Positions 46,632 through 55,874 of a stretch of DNA of 64,000 nucleotides are shown in pieces. This stretch comes from Collinsella sp. (GTDB taxonomy: Bacteria; Actinomycetota; Coriobacteriia; Coriobacteriales; Coriobacteriaceae). Within the stretch, counting starts at the first letter, position 1. Every line of letters begins with the position of its first letter. The translations under genes were made by a program, and so were the position numbers. A model generated the notes under the pieces. The model did not search any database. It worked only from the letters and a program-made list of their open reading frames with translations, and was not told the DNA's origin. The stretch lies in NCBI GenBank assembly GCA_022739635.1, contig JAIIUG010000001.1, positions 7,185 to 71,184 on the forward strand, in the 5' to 3' direction.

Positions 46632-47341
46632 TCATCACCTTCTTTGGCGCTCGGCTCAGCGGCGGTCGAGGAAGCCACGTCAGTATCAACCGCAGCGGAA
46701 ACATCCTGAGCCTTAGCCGCCTCCGGCGCCGGACCAACCTGAATATCCCCGCGTGCCCAATCGCCATCGAGCGCACGCGCCACCCAGTGATAGATGGGGA
46801 TTGTAAAGAAGATCAGCGCGGCAAAGGAGCCACCAAACAGGAACATCAGCAAAAAGAACAGCAGCCAGCACACGGCCCAATACGGAAACGACTGGAACGG
46901 ACCTTTCACCGGAGTCGAGCCAGCTGCGCCGCCACTCGTCACCTGCGCCGTAGCGGCATTGGCGGCCTGCGCGCTCCAGCTTGCCGCTTGCGCCGCCTTG
47001 GCCGCAGCATCACTCGCCTGCGTTGCCGCCTCGGTAGCGCGCGCCGCCGCCTCATGGGTACGGGCGCGCTCCGCCGCCTCGGCCTCGCGCTGGCGGGCGC
47101 GGTCCTCGTTCTCAAACTCGATATCGTCCTCGATCTCATCGCTCGGATTGAGCAGCTCGTCCAGGCTCACGCCATAGAGCTTGGCGAGCGAGATCAGGTT
47201 CTCGGTATCGGGCGAGCTCTCCGCGCGCTCCCATTTGCTGACCGCTTGGCGCGACAGTCCCAGCTTTCGTGCCAGCCCTTCTTGACTAAAGCCTTTGCTG
47301 CGGCGAAGGTCGGCGAGCCGCTGCGCAGTTTCTACATTCAT
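46628..47341 (-). CDS. Membrane-tethered XRE-family HTH transcriptional regulator
   Basis: I moved the start to M84 of track ORF 46628..47590 (MNVETAQRLADLRRSKGFSQEGLARKLGLSRQAVSKWERAE), with SD AGGAGG. Ala-rich linker. C-terminal TM region FPYWAVCWLLFFLLMFLFGGSFAALIFF. Confidence 0.8.
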   Translation of the reverse strand: MNVETAQRLADLRRSKGFSQEGLARKLGLSRQAVSKWERAESSPDTENLISLAKLYGVSLDELLNPSDEIEDDIEFENEDRARQREAEAAERARTHEAAARATEAATQASDAAAKAAQAASWSAQAANAATAQVTSGGAAGSTPVKGPFQSFPYWAVCWLLFFLLMFLFGGSFAALIFFTIPIYHWVARALDGDWARGDIQVGPAPEAAKAQDVSAAVDTDVASSTAAEPSAKEGDE

Positions 47342-47608
47342 GGTTCCTCCTATGTGATGCCAGCCGTGCCGCCGGACCGTTTTTGTTCTTAAGGCGCCTT
47401 GCACAGTTAAAAATCTATCCGCCACCGCCAAAAGCACGCCACCTATTCTAGTGAGATTTTTGACAACCGGCGGTTGCGGGTGCATATGAGCTGCGGAAAT
47501 GTGTCCAAACAAAGCACTGACCCGTAGCTTGGTTGTCCCCGTTGCGGCGTTAACGGTAGTATGGTCGTACTGTTTATTCCGCACCGCCAACGAAGGGAGT
47601 TCCGCGCC

Positions 47609-48481
47609 GTGAACCGCGATTTCGCCTCATCGCTCATCCAGCTCAACAACACGTTCTATCGCGAGCACTCCGCCTCCTTCTCCGATACGCGCCAGGCCCC
47701 GTGGCCCGGCTGGGTGCGCACCATGGACATCGCGCTCGGGCAGCTCGATGTCGCCACGATTGAGCATCCCGTCCGCGTCTTCGATCTTGCCTGCGGCAAT
47801 ATGCGATTCGAGAACTTTGCCGCCGGCGGCGCACTTGCCGCCAAGGGCGTCGACGGCGCAAACCCCTCGGCAGATGCCAGCTGCCCGTTTGAGTTCTACG
47901 GCGTCGACTCGTGCCAAGACCTGGCCATCGATGCACATGGCCACGCGCTGCGCATTCCCAACCTGCACTTCCAGGAGCTCGATGTGCTCGATGCCCTCAT
48001 GAAGCTCAATCCCGCCGAGACGCCCGATGTGCTTTTCGATGCCCCGCTCGCCGACATCTCGGTCTGTTTTGGCTTTATGCACCACGTACCGTCGTGCGAG
48101 TACCGTGTACGCGTGCTCGACGCCCTGGTGCGCCAGACGCGCCCAGGCGGCATCATCGCCATCAGCTTTTGGGAGTTTATGAACGACGAGCGCATGGCGC
48201 GCAAGGCCGTTCGAGCCGAAGCCCGCGCCGAGCTCACCCCGCCGTTTGAGGGTTACGATTCCGCGCAGTTTGAAGCCGGCGACCACCTCATTGGCTGGCA
48301 AAACGACCGCCACGCCTACCGCTATTGCCATCACTTTGACGATCAGCAGATCACCGACCTGGTGCGCGGCGTCCGTACGTTCTACAAGAGCGGCGAGGTC
48401 CCCGTGCGTGAGCTTGAGCGCTTCCATGCCGACGGTCGTAGCGGCGAACTCAACCGCTATGTGATTCTCAAGCGCCTGTAG
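47609..48481 (+). CDS. Class I SAM-dependent methyltransferase
   Basis: I propose a GTG start at 47609 with SD AAGGGAG. Motif I VFDLACGNMRF. Substrate unknown. Confidence 0.7.
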   Translation: MNRDFASSLIQLNNTFYREHSASFSDTRQAPWPGWVRTMDIALGQLDVATIEHPVRVFDLACGNMRFENFAAGGALAAKGVDGANPSADASCPFEFYGVDSCQDLAIDAHGHALRIPNLHFQELDVLDALMKLNPAETPDVLFDAPLADISVCFGFMHHVPSCEYRVRVLDALVRQTRPGGIIAISFWEFMNDERMARKAVRAEARAELTPPFEGYDSAQFEAGDHLIGWQNDRHAYRYCHHFDDQQITDLVRGVRTFYKSGEVPVRELERFHADGRSGELNRYVILKRL

Positions 48482-48598
48482 GCACCGACGACTCGCCGTC
48501 GAGCCGCACAGCGTCTTTCGGGCAAACTATGCCTACCCTTTTCAACCCATTGACGGAACGCGCAGTAATGCGTTCCACACTTATGACCAAGGAGCCTC

Positions 48599-49438
48599 AT
48601 GGGAGCCGTCCACGTTCGCACGCCTAAGAACTTTGTGCTCGAGGAGCGCCTGGAGCGCTATGCCGATGCGATTGAGACGAACCCCGAGGCCTATGTCGGA
48701 GATTGGCGCAAGGCCTGTGCGCCCGCAGGCAACAAGCCCTTCGAGCACCTTCACCTGGATCTTGGCTGTGGCAAGGGAACGTACCTTGTAGAGCGCGCAG
48801 CCCGCGAGCCAAACACGCTCTTTATCGGTATGGACCAGGAGCCCATCTGCATCGCCTATGCCGCGCAGAAAATCTGCGAGCAGGAGCTGCCCAATGCACT
48901 CGTCCTGCCCCGAGGCGCCGCATCGCTGCCGCAGCTGTTTGCCGCAGGCGAGCTCGATGCCATCACCATCAACTTTCCCACGCCGCAGCCCAAGGCCAAG
49001 TACGCCAAAAAACGACTCGTCCATGTCGACCATTTGATGCTCTACCGCCCGCTCCTTGCGGCCGGCGCCACCGCCACGCTGCGCACCGATAGCAAGCCCC
49101 TGCGCGACTACGCCCTGGGCCAGTTTGCCGCAGCTGGTTACAACACGCTTTGGGTGAGTGACGACGTGCGCCGCGACCATCCCGAGCACCCCGAGACCGA
49201 GTACGAGTGCCGCACGCGCGAGATGGGCGCGGTCGTCTACGGCATTTGCGCCACACCCGGCGAGAAGCCTACCGAAGAGCAACTCGCAGCAGGCCGAGCG
49301 CAGGAGCAAAGCCTTGCCTGCTACCTGCCCGAAAACCTTGATGAGCTCACCTATGTACCTCTGGGTATGGAAGAGGCCGTCGAGAACTTTAGAAACCGCG
49401 CCCGCAAGGGCAAAAAGCGCCTTCCGCAGGAGTCATAG
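48599..49438 (+). CDS. trmB: tRNA (guanine46-N7)-methyltransferase
   Basis: Motifs HLDLGCGKGTY and ITINFPTPQPK (the FPDPW-K type). Length and order fit TrmB. Confidence 0.85.
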   Translation: MGAVHVRTPKNFVLEERLERYADAIETNPEAYVGDWRKACAPAGNKPFEHLHLDLGCGKGTYLVERAAREPNTLFIGMDQEPICIAYAAQKICEQELPNALVLPRGAASLPQLFAAGELDAITINFPTPQPKAKYAKKRLVHVDHLMLYRPLLAAGATATLRTDSKPLRDYALGQFAAAGYNTLWVSDDVRRDHPEHPETEYECRTREMGAVVYGICATPGEKPTEEQLAAGRAQEQSLACYLPENLDELTYVPLGMEEAVENFRNRARKGKKRLPQES

Positions 49439-49504
49439 GGGCTTTCGGCGGTCGCTACGCCGGCAACCAAGCGGCAAATAGGCGCCGACGGACGGTCCTC
49501 AAAT

Positions 49505-49627
49505 CTAAGTGAGTAGACTTTTTGGCAATAGCCGAGCACAGCCTGCATGGCGAAAACTAAAACCGCAGGTAGAACCCTTGCGCAAAAGCCATGTGCTCGC
49601 GATATCGCAAAAAGTCTACTCACTTAG
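49505..49627. repeat. 123-nt long-hairpin element with 20-bp perfect terminal inverted repeats
   Basis: CTAAGTGAGTAGACTTTTTG (49505-49524) pairs with CAAAAAGTCTACTCACTTAG (49608-49627). Further inner pairing exists (CGAGCACA..CATGGC with GCCATGTGCTCG). It lies in the trmB-helicase intergenic region. Confidence 0.85.
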
Positions 49628-49748
49628 CTCGCGGCCGCACCAAACGGCTGAGCAGAACGCCCATTTCCTGCATTTTCTCGCGCGCTGGCACCCCACGCCG
49701 CCGCTACGCCATAATAGTTGGCGGACAATCGCGAGAGAAAGCAAACAC

Positions 49749-52430
49749 ATGGCACAGACCACGACAGATATCGCCACCAGCACCGTCTCCGGCGCCGGAG
49801 CCGCCAGTTCATTCTCGGGCGGCACGGGAACCGAAGCCGAGTTTGGCTCGCTCGGCGCGCTCTCCCCCACCTGGTGGGAGCCCGAGGACGGCAGTGAGCC
49901 CGAACCGTGGCTCACGCCCGATCAGGCCTTCGAGCGCTTCTTTGAATGGACGAGCGATCGCGGTATTGAGCTGTGGGACCACCAAGAAGAGGCCCTCATG
50001 GACCTGGCTGCCGGCGATCACGTCATTTTAGGCACACCGACCGGATCGGGTAAATCGCTCGTCGCGCTGGGCATGCTCTTTATGGGCATGGCACAGGGCA
50101 AACGCTGCTATTACACGGCCCCCATCAAGGCTCTGGTCAGCGAAAAGTTCTTCGACTTAGTACAGGTACTCGGCCGCGATAACGTCGGTATGATTACCGG
50201 CGACACGCATATCAACACCAAGGCGCCCGTCATCTGCTGCACGGCAGAGATCCTTGCTAACGACGCACTGCGCGAGGGCGAAGATGCCGACGTGGGCTGC
50301 GTCGCCATGGACGAGTTCCACTACTTTGCCGACCCCGATCGTGGTTGGGCCTGGCAGGTGCCGCTGCTCACCCTGCCCCACACGCAATTCATGCTCATGA
50401 GCGCCACGCTCGGCGATGTCACCGCGATTGCCGCCTCGCTCGAGGAACACACCGGCGCTACCTGCGACTTGGTTGTCGACGCCCCGCGTCCTGTTCCGTT
50501 GAGCTACGACTATGTGACGACCTCCCTCGAGGGCACGGTCGAGCTCGCCATGCGCCGCGGCGAGGCCCCGCTCTATATCGTGCACTTTAGCCAGGATGCC
50601 GCCCTTGCAACGGCGCAATCCCTCGCCAATTTTGGCATCGCCAGCAAGGAGCAGCGCGAGGCCATTAAGGAAGCCGCCAAGGGCACGAGCTTCTCCACGG
50701 CCTTTGGCAAGATTCTCAAGCGCCTGCTCGGATGCGGCGTCGGCGTGCACCATGCCGGCATGCTGCCGCGCTATCGTCTACTGGTCGAGCGCCTGGCGCA
50801 GCAGGGCCTGCTGCCCGTCATCTGCGGCACCGATACGCTCGGCGTCGGCATCAACGTACCCATCCACACCGTGGTGCTCACCGCGCTTACCAAGTTCGAC
50901 GGCTACAAGATGCGTCGTCTGCGCGCCCGCGAGTTCCATCAGATTGCCGGTCGCGCCGGCCGCTCGGGCTTCGATACCGAGGGCATGGTGATTGCCGAGG
51001 CACCCGAGCACGAGATCGAGAACGCCAAGCTCATGGCCAAGGCGGGCGACGACCCCAAAAAACTCCGCAAGATTAAAAAGAAGAAGGCCCCCGAGGGCTT
51101 TGTCACCTGGAACAAGCAAACCTTTGAGCGCCTGATCGAGACGCAGCCCGAGACACTCAAGCCGCGCCTGCGCATCACGCACTCCATGGTGATCAGCGTG
51201 GTCGAGCAGGGCGGCGATGCCCGAGCCCGCGTACACGACCTCATCGAGACGAGTCTGCAGACCCCTGAGGAAAAGGCAAAGCTCGAGGTTCGTGCCGACG
51301 AGATCTTCGCCACGCTCATCGACTCCGGCGTCGTCGTACGCACCGAAGTGCCGCCCGCACCCGACGCTCCGGCTGACGCCGCGCCGGACATCGACTACGC
51401 ACTGACGGTCGATCTGCCCGAGGACTTCGCGCTCGATCAGCCGCTCTCGCCGTTCTTACTTGCCGCATTGGAGCTGCTCGATCCCGAGAGCGAGACCTAT
51501 ACCATGGATCTGATCTCAATGGTCGAGGCAACGCTCGAGGATCCCAAGCAGGTGCTGCGCGCACAGGAGCGCGCAGCACGCGATCGCGCTATGGCCGAGA
51601 TGAAAGCCGACGGCATTGAATATGAGGAGCGTCTGGAGCGCATTCAAGACGTCACGTATGAAAAGCCGCTCGAGGATTTGCTCGACGCCGCCTTTGACAA
51701 GTACTGCCAGGAAGTACCCTGGGCAAACGACTACCAACTCTCTCCCAAGAGCGTTCTGCGCGATATGCTGGAGAGCGCGAGCGATTTTAAGGGCTACATT
51801 CAAAAGCTCGGCATCGCCCGCTCCGAGGGCATTTTGCTGCGCTACCTGGCAGAGGCTTACCGTTCACTCGACCGCACCGTGCCCATCGAGAAGCGCGACG
51901 AGCGCCTGCGCGACATTATCTCGTGGCTGGGCTTTGTGGTGCGCTCGGTGGACTCGAGCCTGGTGGACGAGTGGGAGAACGCCGGCAACCCGGCAGCCCT
52001 CGATGCTGCGCCGCCGCAGAGCATCGACGAGGTCGTGGCGGACCGCCGCGGCTGCACGCTGTTGGTGCGCAACGCGCTCTTCCGCCGCGTGACTCTTGCC
52101 GCCCGCGAGCATGTGCGCGACCTGGGCGAACTCGACGACGACTGGGGCATGAGCGAGATCCGCTGGCAAAAAGCGCTCGACGCTTACCACGAGCAGCATG
52201 AGGAGATCCTCATCGACGGAGATGCCCGCAGCGCCGCGATGTTTTCCATCGACGAGTCCGACGAGAAGACCGTGCACGTATGGCACGTGCACCAGATCTT
52301 TGCCGACGAGGATGGCGACCACGACTTTGGCATCATGGGCGATGTCGATCTGGACGCCACGCAAGACGGCGGCGAGGTCATCTTCAAAAACTACCGCGTC
52401 GGTTTTATCGAGGACCTGCTCGAGGACTAG
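49749..52430 (+). CDS. Ski2/HelY-like DEAD/DEAH helicase with a DUF3516-type C-terminal region
   Basis: I moved the start to M81 of track ORF 49509..52430 (MAQTTTDIATST). Motifs GTPTGSGKSLVA, AMDEFHY, MSATLG, HHAGMLP and AGRAGRSGFD. Confidence 0.85.
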   Translation: MAQTTTDIATSTVSGAGAASSFSGGTGTEAEFGSLGALSPTWWEPEDGSEPEPWLTPDQAFERFFEWTSDRGIELWDHQEEALMDLAAGDHVILGTPTGSGKSLVALGMLFMGMAQGKRCYYTAPIKALVSEKFFDLVQVLGRDNVGMITGDTHINTKAPVICCTAEILANDALREGEDADVGCVAMDEFHYFADPDRGWAWQVPLLTLPHTQFMLMSATLGDVTAIAASLEEHTGATCDLVVDAPRPVPLSYDYVTTSLEGTVELAMRRGEAPLYIVHFSQDAALATAQSLANFGIASKEQREAIKEAAKGTSFSTAFGKILKRLLGCGVGVHHAGMLPRYRLLVERLAQQGLLPVICGTDTLGVGINVPIHTVVLTALTKFDGYKMRRLRAREFHQIAGRAGRSGFDTEGMVIAEAPEHEIENAKLMAKAGDDPKKLRKIKKKKAPEGFVTWNKQTFERLIETQPETLKPRLRITHSMVISVVEQGGDARARVHDLIETSLQTPEEKAKLEVRADEIFATLIDSGVVVRTEVPPAPDAPADAAPDIDYALTVDLPEDFALDQPLSPFLLAALELLDPESETYTMDLISMVEATLEDPKQVLRAQERAARDRAMAEMKADGIEYEERLERIQDVTYEKPLEDLLDAAFDKYCQEVPWANDYQLSPKSVLRDMLESASDFKGYIQKLGIARSEGILLRYLAEAYRSLDRTVPIEKRDERLRDIISWLGFVVRSVDSSLVDEWENAGNPAALDAAPPQSIDEVVADRRGCTLLVRNALFRRVTLAAREHVRDLGELDDDWGMSEIRWQKALDAYHEQHEEILIDGDARSAAMFSIDESDEKTVHVWHVHQIFADEDGDHDFGIMGDVDLDATQDGGEVIFKNYRVGFIEDLLED

Positions 52431-52452
52431 CCGGGCGCAATGGGACGAAACG

Positions 52453-52493
52453 AAGCGGGGCCGCTGGCAACATCGCCAGCGGCCCCGCTTTTG
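52453..52493. terminator. Terminator hairpin between the convergent helicase and DUF2130 genes
   Basis: AAGCGGGGCCGCTGGC-aacatc-GCCAGCGGCCCCGCTT followed by TTG. The stem is 16 bp and perfect. Confidence 0.8.
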
Positions 52494-52509
52494 CACTATC
52501 CGCTATGAC

Positions 52510-54267
52510 CTACTCGGCATCCTCGACCTCATACGAATCCGCCTCGGCGGGCTCATCGCCCGTCTCCGACGCAGTCTCGCGTGCCTCATCAAACGCTGCT
52601 TTCATGGTCTTGTTGCCCCACGTGAGCTTGCGAATGGTAAGTTCATCGGCCTTGTTGTGGGCCAAGCGCAGGTTCTCGGTGCTGCGGCGCAGGTCGTCCT
52701 TGGTCTTCTCGAGCTGCTTAATGGCGGCATCGATCTCCTTGATCGCCGATTCGAATTGCTTACTCGCCAGGTTGTAGTTGCGCGAGAAGCCGTCCTTGAA
52801 CTTCTCCATCTTGGCCTCGAAGTTCGTGACGTCGATATTCTGCTGTTTGTACTCCGCCAGCTCCTGCTTATAGTGCAGCGAACCCATGGCGGCGTTGCGA
52901 AGAAGTGTGATCATGGGAATGAAAAACTGTGGGCGAATCACGTACATCTTCTCGTAGCGGTAGCTCACGTCCACGATTCCCGCGTTATAGAGCTCGCTCT
53001 CGGGCTCGAGCAGCGTGCAGAGCACCGCGTACTCACAGCCTTTCTGGCGACGATCGTGATCGAGTTTCTTAAAGAAGTCCTCGTTTTTGTGTTTGGTCGC
53101 AGTCTCGTCGTTCTCGTTTTTCATCTCGAACATAATTGAGATGACCTCGTTGCCGCTCGCGTCGCACTCGCGGAAGATAAAGTCGCCCTTGGTGCCCTCG
53201 GACGCATCGTTATCTTTCTCGAAGTACGCATTGGGAAACGCCGTCATGCGCAGACGGTTGAACTCGGTCTCGCAGTGCTGCTCGAGCGACTCGCCCACCA
53301 TCTTGGTGGACAGGCGAACCTTCATATCCTTAAGGCGCTCGATCTCTTCATCCTTGTAGCGAATCAGATCATCGCTCGCACGTTTGGCCTGCGCAAGCTC
53401 GAGCTCGTGTGCCGCCTTGGCCTGTTCCTCGCGCGAATCGCGCACTGCCAGCTCGCTCGTCAGTTTGGCACGCGCCTCATCACGCTCACGCTCCGCCGCG
53501 GCGACCGCCTCAGACAGGTTCATTTTTGCCATCAGCTCCTGCTCGCGCAGCTTCGCACGCAGACCCTCGGCCTCCTGCTCAGACTGAGCCCTTGCGGTGA
53601 AAAACTTCTCTTGTACCTTCGCGCGATAGTCGGTAAGCGTACGCTCGGCCTCGCTGCGAGCGGCATCGAGCTCACGCTGCGACTCTGCCGCGGCGGCGGC
53701 AAGCGCCATCTCCTGGGCCTTGTCCGCCGCGGCGATCCTGGCCTGCAGCTCGGCAATCTGAGCGTCGCGCGCGGACAGGTCGTTTTGAGCAGCATTGCGT
53801 GCCGCCGCTTCGGCAAGCCTGGCTTCATCATCTTTGCGCTCCAACTGCGCACGTAAATTGTCGATCTCGCGCTGAAGCTCGGCATTCTCCTTTTGAGCAT
53901 CGGAACGGGCCTCAACCGCCGCGCGCTGACTTGCACTCTCGCGCTCTGCGGCAGCGCTTTCGAGCTTGGCGCGCAGCTCGGCAAGCTCAGCGTCGCGCTT
54001 GGCAACCTCTTGTGCCAGCTGCTGAGCTGCAGCGTTCTTCTGCTCGACAAGCTGAGCGTCGCGCTGAGACTCTGCCTTTTGCAAAGCAGCCGTCGAGCGC
54101 GAGCGCTCAAGCTCCAGTGCCTGCTCGCCCTCGCGCTGGACCGCCTTCACGCGCTCATCCAGGTCGCGCGAAAACTCGGCATTGCGCACCTGCTTGACGA
54201 TATCCGCATAACCGGACGCATCGACCTTAAAAACTTCGCCGCAATGCGGGCACTTGATCTCGTTCAT
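52510..54267 (-). CDS. DUF2130-like protein: zinc ribbon, long coiled coil, PD-(D/E)xK-like C-terminal domain
   Basis: N-terminus MNEIKCPHCGEVF. About 300 aa of A/E/R/Q-rich heptad-like sequence. C-terminal GDFIFRE..ISIMFEMKNE (a D..ExK pattern). Confidence 0.8.
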   Translation of the reverse strand: MNEIKCPHCGEVFKVDASGYADIVKQVRNAEFSRDLDERVKAVQREGEQALELERSRSTAALQKAESQRDAQLVEQKNAAAQQLAQEVAKRDAELAELRAKLESAAAERESASQRAAVEARSDAQKENAELQREIDNLRAQLERKDDEARLAEAAARNAAQNDLSARDAQIAELQARIAAADKAQEMALAAAAAESQRELDAARSEAERTLTDYRAKVQEKFFTARAQSEQEAEGLRAKLREQELMAKMNLSEAVAAAERERDEARAKLTSELAVRDSREEQAKAAHELELAQAKRASDDLIRYKDEEIERLKDMKVRLSTKMVGESLEQHCETEFNRLRMTAFPNAYFEKDNDASEGTKGDFIFRECDASGNEVISIMFEMKNENDETATKHKNEDFFKKLDHDRRQKGCEYAVLCTLLEPESELYNAGIVDVSYRYEKMYVIRPQFFIPMITLLRNAAMGSLHYKQELAEYKQQNIDVTNFEAKMEKFKDGFSRNYNLASKQFESAIKEIDAAIKQLEKTKDDLRRSTENLRLAHNKADELTIRKLTWGNKTMKAAFDEARETASETGDEPAEADSYEVEDAE

Positions 54268-54325
54268 AGCAGCTCCTCGATGGACGCAAATTTCAACCGC
54301 CTACACTCTACCGCGCCGCACGGAC

Positions 54326-54360
54326 AAAAAAGGCGCCGCTGCCATAATGGCAACGGCGCC
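54326..54360 (-). terminator. Rho-independent terminator after the metallophosphoesterase gene
   Basis: The minus strand reads GGCGCCGTTGCC-attat-GGCAGCGGCGCC followed by TTTTTTG. There is one G-U type mismatch in the stem. Confidence 0.75.
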
Positions 54361-54417
54361 AGAACCACCACGAAGGTGGCTGCCCCCTTTGCGGTAGCTC
54401 GTGTCGTGGTTCGAGAA

Positions 54418-54963
54418 TTACAGTCCAAAAAAGCCGAGGATCTGATCACGGCTTACGGGCTTGTAGTCGTTGGCATCGAGGCCGACATCGTAGCGAAAAA
54501 TGGGGCGCTCGCGATCGCGGTTGCGTGCGTTGGTGCGGTCACCCCTGCTATGGATATGTCCGTGCAGCATGATGGCGCCGCGCGCCTTGCCATTCCAGCT
54601 GAGCATGGGGTAATGGCTCATCACCAGGCGATGACCCTTAGCGTAACCGGGAGCGACCTCCAGATAATCGCGCACCTCATCCCAAATCTGCGGTGCGTTC
54701 GGATCTTCCCAATCGCCGTCATGGTTACCGCGGATGAGCGTCACGTTCTTGCATTCGATACGCTCGCGCAGGTGCACGGCATCCGCTAGGGGCAAACGAT
54801 AGGTAAAGTCTCCCAGGATGTAGAGACGGTCATCCGCAGCCACGCACTCATTGATGGCATCGATGACCTTGCGATTCATCTCCTCGACCGAGCCAAACGG
54901 CCGGTCCATGTCGTGCAAGATATTCGTATCGCCCAGGTGCAGGTCGGCGGTAAACCACATCAT
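54418..54963 (-). CDS. Metallophosphoesterase (calcineurin-like) family protein
   Basis: Motifs FTADLHLGD, LGDFTY, RGNHD and LHGHIH. Confidence 0.8.
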   Translation of the reverse strand: MMWFTADLHLGDTNILHDMDRPFGSVEEMNRKVIDAINECVAADDRLYILGDFTYRLPLADAVHLRERIECKNVTLIRGNHDGDWEDPNAPQIWDEVRDYLEVAPGYAKGHRLVMSHYPMLSWNGKARGAIMLHGHIHSRGDRTNARNRDRERPIFRYDVGLDANDYKPVSRDQILGFFGL

Positions 54964-55029
54964 CGTCTATGTCCTCATTTCGCAACGCGTCAAACTCGTG
55001 CTAAGTATACAGACACAGCGATGCGTCGG

Positions 55030-55221
55030 TTAGCCAAAGAGCCCGCCGAACAGACCTCGGCGGTGTTTGTCTTTCTTTTTCGACGCGTCACCCTGGGCGT
55101 TCTTGTCCTGCCGCTTCTTCCGGTCCTGCTCTAGCTCATCATCGTCGAGCAGCATATCCCACTCAAACGGGTCGTCCGTCAGATCGAACAGGTCATCGCC
55201 ATCAAACATGACCGCCTCCAT
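55030..55221 (-). CDS. Small 63-aa protein with an acidic N-terminal half and a basic C-terminal half
   Basis: Begins 7 nt after the HIRAN gene stop. Codon third positions are mostly G/C. Sequence MEAVMFDGDDLFDLTDDPFEWDMLLDDDELEQDRKKRQDK..KKKDKHRRGLFGGLFG. No family recognised. Confidence 0.5.
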   Translation of the reverse strand: MEAVMFDGDDLFDLTDDPFEWDMLLDDDELEQDRKKRQDKNAQGDASKKKDKHRRGLFGGLFG

Positions 55222-55227
55222 TGCCGA

Positions 55228-55554
55228 TTAGCGAGCATCCACCACATAGAGTCCAACGCGCACCTGATGCCACGGGCTGCGCTCGGGGGCAACCTGTTGC
55301 ACACGGGCCTCAAATACGTACCCATGGCCGTAATACATCATCAAGGACAGCGGGCCGGCCTCGTTTCCCGGAACATAGCCGAGCTTGGTGTTGCCGTAGT
55401 AGATCGCAACCGCCTCGGGATCATGGGGATTATCGCGCTCGGCACACAGCGTCAGCTTATCGCCCGCTTTAAGATCGCCCAAGACCAAGGCGCCATCGGC
55501 ATACTGAAATCCTGCAATATGATACGACAAAAGAACACGTGAAGGCTCGTACAT
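55228..55554 (-). CDS. Stand-alone HIRAN domain protein
   Basis: SD AGAGGAG upstream. HIAGFQYADGALVLGDLKAGDKLTLCAERDNPHDPEAVAIYYGNTKLGYVP matches the HIRAN pattern. Confidence 0.8.
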   Translation of the reverse strand: MYEPSRVLLSYHIAGFQYADGALVLGDLKAGDKLTLCAERDNPHDPEAVAIYYGNTKLGYVPGNEAGPLSLMMYYGHGYVFEARVQQVAPERSPWHQVRVGLYVVDAR

Positions 55555-55790
55555 GGCAGCTCCTCTACCGGCCGGAATACCCGGCGTTTAACCTTATTGA
55601 GAAGTCTACGGGCCCGTGCGGACACAAATTCATCCTGTCTGCGTCTTTCAATCGCTTGCCGCAACGCTTGCGCGACGGGACGCTTGCAGATAAGATAGGA
55701 ACACGGATGGCACCCGTGGCAGCGGGTCTTGCCAACTCCGATACACGTTTTCATCGTGAGAAGTGGCCGTCTTCGCTTACGCGGGGGCGG

Positions 55791-55874
55791 CTATTTCATT
55801 CGGCCGATAAACAGGCCGAGTTCGATAGCCGCGATCAACAACGCCAATAACGAAATAACATCGCTTACGTTCAT
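55791..55874 (-). CDS. Unannotated 27-codon hydrophobic peptide (type I toxin / Hol-Tox-like candidate)
   Basis: Below the length cut-off of the ORF track. The minus strand reads ATG AAC GTA AGC..., giving MNVSDVISLLALLIAAIELGLFIGRMK and a stop. SD AAGGGA lies 6 nt upstream and can pair with an adjacent TCCCTT (55881-55895). The ORF sits between the ALDH terminator and the HIRAN operon. Confidence 0.4.
   Translation of the reverse strand: MNVSDVISLLALLIAAIELGLFIGRMK

Noticed and set aside
55452-55754. 100-aa Cys-rich minus-strand ORF (MKTCIGVGKTRCHGCHPC...)
   Set aside because: Its last ~34 codons overlap the well-supported HIRAN gene in another frame. It has no SD and weak third-position GC bias. 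I could not support it, though the first part lies in the otherwise empty 55555-55790 region.
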